DNA from: Alistipes onderdonkii
GTDB lineage: Bacteria > Bacillota_I > Bacilli_A > RFN20 > CAG-288
Assembly (NCBI GenBank): GCA_963589675.1
Contig: CAVALL010000002.1
Span: 2,067 to 66,066 of the forward strand
Direction: 5' to 3'
Length of the DNA: 64,000 nucleotides
In this document: piece by piece, positions 57,814 through 64,000 of the stretch
Numbering within the stretch: the first letter of the stretch is position 1
Layout: the number at the start of each line of letters is the position of its first letter
The notes under the pieces: generated by a model
What the model was told of the DNA's origin: nothing
Databases searched by the model: none
Seen by the model: only the letters and a program-made list of their open reading frames with translations
Made by a program: the position numbers and the translations under genes

Positions 57814-58701
57814 TTAGTTTTCTCCGTTTCCTGCCATTCTCATCTTTTCACCGATGTCAGCGAATCTCTTGTTCAGATCATTCTGAGTGGCATTCAGGAT
57901 TTTATCGAAATAGGAACTGAAGAGTTCAAAGTATTTCTTAGGATCAGTTGTCTGCTTCTTTCCAGTGAAGATTTCACAATCGGAATAAACCGCTTCACGT
58001 GCGAAACGGAATTCCTCATCGTTTTCACCATAGGAATTGAGAACAGCGACCATATCCTGATTGAGCTGATGGAATTCATTTTCCAACATACGGAAAGAAG
58101 GATCGTTTCTAGGATCAAACTCAGGATCCTTATGCGGATCGATGCCGTTATGCTCTTTAGAATAGGACTGAGCATAGGTGTTTGCATTATTGTTGAGTTC
58201 CAAGAACTTATCAGCAATCAACATGCAGGAAATCTTTCCAGCGAAAGCATGGAAGAAACGAATGTCCTCATTGATGAGTTCTTCGAAGTCAGACTCGAGT
58301 TTTCCTCTTTCTTTCAAGGATTTCTTTGCGGCGAGCATGAAAGCCTCTAACAAACCGCGAAGTTTCACGATAGTGGAGAACATTTCAATGATCAAGGATT
58401 GTTCGACATTCACCTTGCCATCGATTGTGACTGTGACGATTCTACCAGGATCGCCATAGACATCCTCGATAAAATACTGCATATCCTCTTTGAGGCTCTT
58501 GCCAGCATCACCATTTGTGTCGCAGTTCATAGCAAAAGGAGAACCTTCCTGTGTTAAAGCGACTAACGCGTTATAGCGTGATTTTCTTTCGTTAACATCA
58601 AAACCGGCAGTGTTTCTAGGCTGTAAGCAATACCATAATGTAGACTCTACAATTCTAGCGATTGTAACAATCGTCATTACATTCTTTTCTTCATCGTTCA
58701 T
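57814..58701 (-). CDS. hypothetical cytoplasmic protein (295 aa)
   Basis: Intact ORF with RBS GAGGAAAA and an upstream extended -10 promoter. No motifs recognised. Confidence 0.45.
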   Translation of the reverse strand: MNDEEKNVMTIVTIARIVESTLWYCLQPRNTAGFDVNERKSRYNALVALTQEGSPFAMNCDTNGDAGKSLKEDMQYFIEDVYGDPGRIVTVTIDGKVNVEQSLIIEMFSTIVKLRGLLEAFMLAAKKSLKERGKLESDFEELINEDIRFFHAFAGKISCMLIADKFLELNNNANTYAQSYSKEHNGIDPHKDPEFDPRNDPSFRMLENEFHQLNQDMVAVLNSYGENDEEFRFAREAVYSDCEIFTGKKQTTDPKKYFELFSSYFDKILNATQNDLNKRFADIGEKMRMAGNGEN

Positions 58702-58740
58702 AGATTTTCCTCACTTGAAAAGCACACAAGGCTAACTACT

Positions 58741-58775
58741 ATTATATCAAATGAAAATGCGTTTTAAATAGATAA
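58741..58775 (-). promoter_or_regulatory. promoter (extended -10 TGATATAAT) for the 295-aa / 3-TM gene pair
   Basis: Minus strand ...TTTAAAACGCATTTTCATTTGATATAATAGTAG... located between the hpf terminator and the start codon. Confidence 0.45.
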
Positions 58776-58780
58776 AAGAA

Positions 58781-58811
58781 AAAAGGAAGCGACGTTTGCC
58801 GCTTCCTTTTA
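58781..58811. terminator. bidirectional terminator downstream of hpf
   Basis: aaaaggaagcgacgtttgccgcttcctttt. Confidence 0.75.
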
Positions 58812-58817
58812 AGGGGG

Positions 58818-59354
58818 TTATTGATCGACTTCGATTAAACCATAGGTTCCGTCATCTCTTTCGTAGATGACATTGACTAAATCTGTGGAAGAATCCAAAT
58901 AAATGAAGAATTTATGTCCCAAGGCATCCATTCTGGTGAGTGCTTCATCTACATCCATAGGTGCAAGAGACAATTTCTTTTTCTTGACAATTTCAGCAAC
59001 ATCTACATCCTCAGAGATGTCATCCATAAGGAAGTTCTCTGACAGGGAATGAGTCTTATGAGCTTTCTTCCATTGCGTTTTCATTTTGCGCATCTGGCCA
59101 TTCAGCTTTTCAACCAACAAATCGAGAGCGTTGTAGAAATCATCAGCGATGACTTTGGCTCTTAAATCTACTCCAGTCGTAGAAAGAGATGCTTCAACGG
59201 CTTTGCCGTGGTTTGGAAGGATTGAGAGAGTGACAACACAGCGAACTTCATCGGATTCACGGAACAGCGAATCAAATTTCATCAACTTCTCTTCGACGGC
59301 TTTCTTCATAGAGGGGGTGATGTCGACATCTTTGGATACATAAGTGATTTTCAT
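58818..59354 (-). CDS. hpf: ribosome hibernation promoting factor, long form
   Basis: Start MKITYVSKDVDITPSMK after RBS AAAGGAG. S30AE/YfiA N-domain plus C-terminal dimerisation domain. Confidence 0.8.
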   Translation of the reverse strand: MKITYVSKDVDITPSMKKAVEEKLMKFDSLFRESDEVRCVVTLSILPNHGKAVEASLSTTGVDLRAKVIADDFYNALDLLVEKLNGQMRKMKTQWKKAHKTHSLSENFLMDDISEDVDVAEIVKKKKLSLAPMDVDEALTRMDALGHKFFIYLDSSTDLVNVIYERDDGTYGLIEVDQ

Positions 59355-59466
59355 GGTAGCTGGCTCCTTTCTATCCACTAATATTATAAACGCTTTCTAA
59401 GGCGAAATAAAGGCATATATTCGAATATTTTGTAAAAATACACAAATTATTTGGAAGCGCTTTCTA

Positions 59467-60969
59467 TCACTGCTTCTTCTCTAGTTCTTCTGTCAGGTAC
59501 CAGTTATCTCTATCGATGATTTTGATCATGCCAGGTTCTGTGTCCTTTAACACTTCACCGCCTTCCTCTGAGTAGAAACGGATTAAGTTCAAAGCATCCT
59601 GAGTGATGAATTCACCGGGGATGACAACTGGTATTCCTGGTGGATAAGCCATAATGGTTTCCGCAGATATTTCACCAAGGCAATCGCTGAGCGGAATGAC
59701 AGAATGCGGGGCATCATATGCTTCGCGTGGCGGAACGAAAGTAGTCGGGAATGAGTAATTGAAATCCGGTATTTGCTTGATCGGTGAGCTTTCTATTTCA
59801 TCAGACAGATTTTGGAAGGCATCAATAAGTCTATTGATATGTTCTAAAGTGGTGCCGGGTCCAATGATGGCAAGAACTACCGAAACCTCACCAAGCTCTA
59901 ATTGAATGTTGTATTCTTTTCGAATTCTCTTGTAAACCTCATAGCCGTATAGTCCTAATCCTCGTACATCGATGACTAACTTGGTTAAATCGATGTCATA
60001 GACACCATCGGTATGATGTATATCGATATATTCTTTTCCATAGACATGAATGCCTTTGATTTCATTCAGCTTTTCGCGTGCATATTCAGCTAATTCTAAA
60101 TTGGATTGAATAATTTCCTCGCCGTGAATGGCCATCTCTTTTCTAGCAACATCCAATGAGGCGATTAAAATATGATAAGGAGAAGTGGACGAGAACATAG
60201 CAAAAGCTCTCTTCACTTCAGAATAGTTGATTCGATCTCCTTTTGTAAGAATTAAAGAAGTCTGAGTAAGAGAACCGGAATTCTTATGCATGCTCATAGC
60301 AGTGATGTCAGCCCCCGCATCCATTGCAGATATAGGAAGTTTCTTTGAAAAATAGAAGTTGGAGCCATGTGCTTCATCACATATGACAATCAGGTTTCTC
60401 TTATGAGCTTCTTCTACGACCTTCTTCAAGTCACAGACAACACCAAAATAGGTCGGATTAATGACAAAGACAGCTTTGGCTGTCGGATTTTCATCCATAG
60501 CGTCGATATACGATTGTGTATCAACCCCGCAGGCCACTCCTAATTTCTTGTCGATAATAGGTGAAACGAAAATAGGTATAGCACCAGAAATAATGAGAGC
60601 ATTTATCACAGATTTATGAACGTTTCTGGGCAGGATGATTTTGTCTTTGACGTTGAGACAAGCCATGATGATGCTAAGTATTCCACCAGTAGTTCCGTTC
60701 ACTGAAAAAAGGCAGTGATCAGCATGACAGGCCTCAGCCGCCAGTGCTTCGGCCTCTTTGATCACGCCAGTAGAATTATAAAGATTATCAAGTCCTAGAG
60801 GTGCATTTGCATCATAGGAGCTGAAATCATTGCAGATTTTTCTAGAAAGATCAGTCTGAAAAGAACCAAGCTTGTGGCCAGGTACATCAAACGGAATCGG
60901 ATTAGAAGAAACATAATCAATCAACGCATCCAAAAATGGAGTGATATGCTGATCCTTAGTATCTTTCAT
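59467..60969 (-). CDS. Orn/Lys/Arg decarboxylase family PLP-dependent enzyme (SpeA/YaaO-like)
   Basis: 500 aa. PLP-lysine region SMHKNSGSLTQTS. Family-typical N-terminus. Confidence 0.65.
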   Translation of the reverse strand: MKDTKDQHITPFLDALIDYVSSNPIPFDVPGHKLGSFQTDLSRKICNDFSSYDANAPLGLDNLYNSTGVIKEAEALAAEACHADHCLFSVNGTTGGILSIIMACLNVKDKIILPRNVHKSVINALIISGAIPIFVSPIIDKKLGVACGVDTQSYIDAMDENPTAKAVFVINPTYFGVVCDLKKVVEEAHKRNLIVICDEAHGSNFYFSKKLPISAMDAGADITAMSMHKNSGSLTQTSLILTKGDRINYSEVKRAFAMFSSTSPYHILIASLDVARKEMAIHGEEIIQSNLELAEYAREKLNEIKGIHVYGKEYIDIHHTDGVYDIDLTKLVIDVRGLGLYGYEVYKRIRKEYNIQLELGEVSVVLAIIGPGTTLEHINRLIDAFQNLSDEIESSPIKQIPDFNYSFPTTFVPPREAYDAPHSVIPLSDCLGEISAETIMAYPPGIPVVIPGEFITQDALNLIRFYSEEGGEVLKDTEPGMIKIIDRDNWYLTEELEKKQ

Positions 60970-60978
60970 AGCCGATTG

Positions 60979-61242
60979 TCATTTGTTCGATAAATAGGAT
61001 TGTAAAGCTTTTGAAAGCTGGTCAGGGCAAGAAGTCGGTTTGACGCCACATGTGACACCGCTCAGTTTCTCAGCGACATCTTTGACATCCATTCCGATAA
61101 TCAATTTACGGACACCAGCCAGGTTCCCGGGGCATCCACCCTTGACGGTGAAATCGATGATTTTATCTGTCTCTTCATCGATTTTGAAGGTCATCAATGA
61201 TGAACATGTTCCATGAGGCCGATAAGTGAATTCTTTGATCAT
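60979..61242 (-). CDS. TSCPD-domain small protein
   Basis: 87 aa with the eponymous PTSCPDQL motif and a CPGN cysteine motif. Confidence 0.65.
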   Translation of the reverse strand: MIKEFTYRPHGTCSSLMTFKIDEETDKIIDFTVKGGCPGNLAGVRKLIIGMDVKDVAEKLSGVTCGVKPTSCPDQLSKALQSYLSNK

Positions 61243-61321
61243 GATTAATCCTCCTTGTTAAGGCGCTATAAATATATCATAAATTCAATCGATTGACTAA
61301 AATAAGGTAGCATCTGCTACC

Positions 61322-62269
61322 TTATTTCTTGAATTTTCTTTGCTGTTCAGGCAAAGCACCGTAATAGTCTTTGCCATTTAGATATTTTTCAAATGTGGAA
61401 TAATTGAAACCATATTTTAAAATATCGTTGTAACAATCCTCTAATATCTCAAATGAAGAGGTGTGAAGTTCTAAGAAAGAATCAGAACGTTTTTCACCAG
61501 TGCAAGGATCAAGCCAAACGTTCTTATCAACATTCAATGTAGAAGCATCTGGCTCATTTGGATGGTGCATGGCTGATAGAGCAATGTTTTTTCCTAAAAG
61601 CTTCGCCTTGAAACTCCCATGATGATTCATTGATTTCAACAATGACTTCATGTTTAGAATTGCATTGGTATACATGTGTTTTGGAAGTTTGCAGGAAAAC
61701 ATTTTCTCAAGGATAGGAACAAGGTTCCAGTTAATGATTTCAAGATTTCTTCTATTGTCAGGAATGATGTCTTGTGGGTAAGAAAGAAAATGACTGATGG
61801 AATATTTATTCGCTAAAGAGCAATCAATGTTTGTCTCGAAATATGCGTGGTCAAAATGATAGTGTGAAGTGATCTTTCCCTCATCATCAAAACCGGACTC
61901 ATATAAGATATAGGGATGAGCTTCTCGATCTAATATGTAGTGAGCAAATTGGCCGAAAATGAAAGCCTCAAATTTTTTCTTGTCTTTTACGTTGTCGATA
62001 GAATAAGAGGTCTCGATTAACAATTTGAAAAATTGCTTTCCGTTTGTTTTGTGAAGTTTATTTCCAATCTTTTTTAATGCGGTAGGAAGATGAAGGCCAT
62101 TCTTCAGCAATATGCCAACATAAAACAAAGGATCAGGACCGAGCGATCCTAAAACAAGCATGTCATAATTTTCTTTGATGAACGAATCAATGCTCTCTAG
62201 ATGGCCCAATTCGTTTTCGTGATTATAAAATCGCTTTACAATCAAAGAATGAGCAAGAAGATTCGGCAT
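61322..62269 (-). CDS. zinc-dependent phospholipase C-like family protein (hypothetical)
   Basis: N-terminal LAHSLIV..., HYILD..H and other His/Asp clusters compatible with the family. Weak call. Confidence 0.35.
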   Translation of the reverse strand: MPNLLAHSLIVKRFYNHENELGHLESIDSFIKENYDMLVLGSLGPDPLFYVGILLKNGLHLPTALKKIGNKLHKTNGKQFFKLLIETSYSIDNVKDKKKFEAFIFGQFAHYILDREAHPYILYESGFDDEGKITSHYHFDHAYFETNIDCSLANKYSISHFLSYPQDIIPDNRRNLEIINWNLVPILEKMFSCKLPKHMYTNAILNMKSLLKSMNHHGSFKAKLLGKNIALSAMHHPNEPDASTLNVDKNVWLDPCTGEKRSDSFLELHTSSFEILEDCYNDILKYGFNYSTFEKYLNGKDYYGALPEQQRKFKK

Positions 62270-62292
62270 TTTGATTCACCTTATTATTGAGG

Positions 62293-62937
62293 TTAGAAGT
62301 CAATCTTTACAAGAGAACCGATAACGCCTGTGCTTGCACCACCGACAGCATTGGATTCATCGGTATCAATGTGCATGGCAAGAGCATATTTAGGAGAGAC
62401 ACGAATGACAGTGTCACCGAGAACAGCACTTCTTCCGTTGGGAGAAACGATTTTGACAGCAACGATATCACCATTCTTGACATCGAACTTTGCGGCATCT
62501 TCCGGAGTCATATGGATGTGTCTCTTTGCGATGATCATGCCCTCTTTGCAATCAAGAGATTTTCCGTTGAGAGGATTGACCAAGGTGACAGGAGCGCTTC
62601 CTTCTAAGTCGCCGGATTCTCTTACCGGAACATTGGCCTTTAAAGAACGAGCCTCAGTCATAGAAATTTCAACCTGATTGGCGTTTCTGACTGGTCCTAA
62701 GATAGACATGTTCTTGATTGTGAAATCCTTCTTTTCGATTTCACCAGTTACTCTGTTTTTGACAGAAGCGTGATATACGATATCAAGTCTCTTATCAGAA
62801 GCAAACTGACCTGGCTGGGAAAGTTCCTTTCTGACACCTAAGACGGCACCGTCGCCGAAAAGGTATTCTAAAGCTTCCTGAGTGACATGGATATGATGTG
62901 CACTGGTTTCTACAATAAATGTGTCTTTTTCATTCAT
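62293..62937 (-). CDS. pduL: phosphate propanoyl/acetyl-transferase PduL
   Basis: 214 aa. Duplicated HxH-containing halves (AHHIHVT, KRHIHMT). Confidence 0.75.
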   Translation of the reverse strand: MNEKDTFIVETSAHHIHVTQEALEYLFGDGAVLGVRKELSQPGQFASDKRLDIVYHASVKNRVTGEIEKKDFTIKNMSILGPVRNANQVEISMTEARSLKANVPVRESGDLEGSAPVTLVNPLNGKSLDCKEGMIIAKRHIHMTPEDAAKFDVKNGDIVAVKIVSPNGRSAVLGDTVIRVSPKYALAMHIDTDESNAVGGASTGVIGSLVKIDF

Positions 62938-63005
62938 GATAATTTACCTCTTTAAAAATTGTACCACATTGACGAATTGTCGGATAAGAATATTAGCAAG
63001 ACAGC

Positions 63006-63350
63006 TTATTTGTTGTGCTCTCTGTTGTATTTTTCCAATTCGCTGTTTGCTTGTTCCTGTTCTCTTAGACGCTTGATCAAGTCTTCAAAGCTTTGTTGTT
63101 CTTCCTGAACCAATTGAACATCCTTGATCTCAGGAATCTCATCCATAAGAAGCACCGCGATGGTATCAGAGACGTCGGAACTTGCCATATAGCAGCCATT
63201 ACAGGCGCCACTCATTTTCACATAGCATGTGTTGCTATCGAAATCATAGTGATCGAGATGGACATCGCCGCCTTCACGTTGCAAGAACGGGCGTAATCTT
63301 TCTAATACATCGTTGATTTTTTCACAGAATTTTTCTTGTTCTTCATTCAT
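63006..63350 (-). CDS. NifU-like Fe-S cluster assembly domain protein
   Basis: GGDVHLDHYD...SGACNGC motif of the NifU C-terminal domain family. 114 aa. Confidence 0.65.
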   Translation of the reverse strand: MNEEQEKFCEKINDVLERLRPFLQREGGDVHLDHYDFDSNTCYVKMSGACNGCYMASSDVSDTIAVLLMDEIPEIKDVQLVQEEQQSFEDLIKRLREQEQANSELEKYNREHNK

Positions 63351-63457
63351 AACTGATTTCTCCGTGAAACATTATATCACTCAGATAATTTAACTTTTTG
63401 AAATAAAATTCTTTTTTTCTCCATTTGCGCATATATGTGTTTATAGGAGGTGGAAAT

Positions 63458-64000
63458 ATGAGTAATTTCCTATGCTATAGATACAGGATGAATCTAAAAG
63501 ACGAACAAGAAAATCAGTTTGACGAGCTGTATAGGTGTTATGTTGCGATACTCAATCAGTCAATTGCGATGTTCTATGTGAATGACGAATTCGGGAAGGG
63601 AAATATAGATTTTGATTTTAGGTTATGGAATCAGAAAATGAGTGGCACACCTGAAATGTGTTATATCAGAAAACGATTTTCTCCTTTATTGCGCTATATA
63701 AGAAATGTGATTCGATATTATGAAAGGAGCAGAGCGCAGGGAAGAACGAATTTCAATTATAAAGATCCACAGTCAATAGTATCATCCATATCTTTTTATC
63801 CGAAAGATGTTAATATAAACTTCAAGCGCACATCAAATAAGATGGCGGAATTGAATCTCTTGCCGTTTGGATCGATTGAGCTTCAGTATCACAGGCCATT
63901 CCCAAGTCATAGCCAATGTGTTTTGATGACTATGAAAAGAGAACTAGATAGAAGATATTATCTAGATTTTCTGCTGAATAATGCTTATAGCACAATCTTG
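63458..64000 (+). CDS. tnpB: IS200/IS605-family TnpB (OrfB-type RNA-guided endonuclease) N-terminal part; continues past the window end
   Basis: RBS GGAGGTGG 6 nt before the ATG. N-terminus CYRYRMNLKDEQENQFDELYRCYVAILNQS follows the OrfB pattern (A/C)Y(K/R)YR(L/M)xPxxEQxxxL...(V/I)YN. Open frame to the window edge. No tnpA adjacent (nifU-like gene lies upstream). Confidence 0.6.
   Translation, partial: MSNFLCYRYRMNLKDEQENQFDELYRCYVAILNQSIAMFYVNDEFGKGNIDFDFRLWNQKMSGTPEMCYIRKRFSPLLRYIRNVIRYYERSRAQGRTNFNYKDPQSIVSSISFYPKDVNINFKRTSNKMAELNLLPFGSIELQYHRPFPSHSQCVLMTMKRELDRRYYLDFLLNNAYSTIL

Noticed and set aside
57670-58350. 226-aa plus-strand ORF
   Set aside because: It is antisense to the promoter- and RBS-equipped minus-strand genes 57453..57812 and 57814..58701.

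Overview
This is a low-GC (about 35-38%) chromosomal window from a Firmicutes-type bacterium, most likely in the Bacilli/Erysipelotrichia-like part of the tree. That placement rests on the rpoE delta subunit, pduL, a long-form hpf, rlmB followed by a sigH-like sigma factor, and many lipoproteins. The host uses the standard genetic code: housekeeping genes are full-length with no in-frame TGA.

Housekeeping genes seen from left to right: nrdG-nrdD (class III RNR, nrdD cut by the window start), pnp, ychF-ispF-argS-rpoE, nrnA, a cysQ-like phosphatase, a surface 5'-nucleotidase, tal, lemA, a mazG-like gene, a NUDIX gene, hpf, an Orn/Lys/Arg-family decarboxylase, a TSCPD protein, pduL and a nifU-like gene.

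Accessory content:
- A 7-gene minus-strand operon at 9.6-16.7 kb matches the sulfoquinovose (sulfo-TAL-type) catabolic gene set. It has a GH31 YihQ-like glycosidase, an FSA/TalC-like transaldolase paralog, a HIBADH-family (YihU-like) reductase, an L-fucose-isomerase-like protein, DUF4867, a TauE/SafE exporter and a ROK regulator.
- On its left the operon is bounded by a GC-rich IS1182-family element (7637-9613). The element has unusually long (~77 bp), hairpin-forming terminal inverted repeats, and its transposase is broken by one in-frame TGA. On its right the operon is bounded by a lone tRNA-Arg(TCG).
- A TetR regulator is followed by two ABC ATPases and a 794-aa permease with a ~500-aa extracellular domain, then large lipoproteins. 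One lipoprotein has repeated OB-fold-like units and another has Listeria-Bacteroides repeats.
- A YtrA-like GntR-ABC operon.
- A promoter-equipped two-gene operon encodes N-terminally anchored surface proteins of 370 and 1327 aa with no recognisable domains. Directly upstream is a promoter-equipped pair: a 295-aa orphan protein and a 3-TM mini-protein.
- The window ends inside an IS605-family tnpB (RNA-guided nuclease family) gene.

No CRISPR array and no rRNA were seen.
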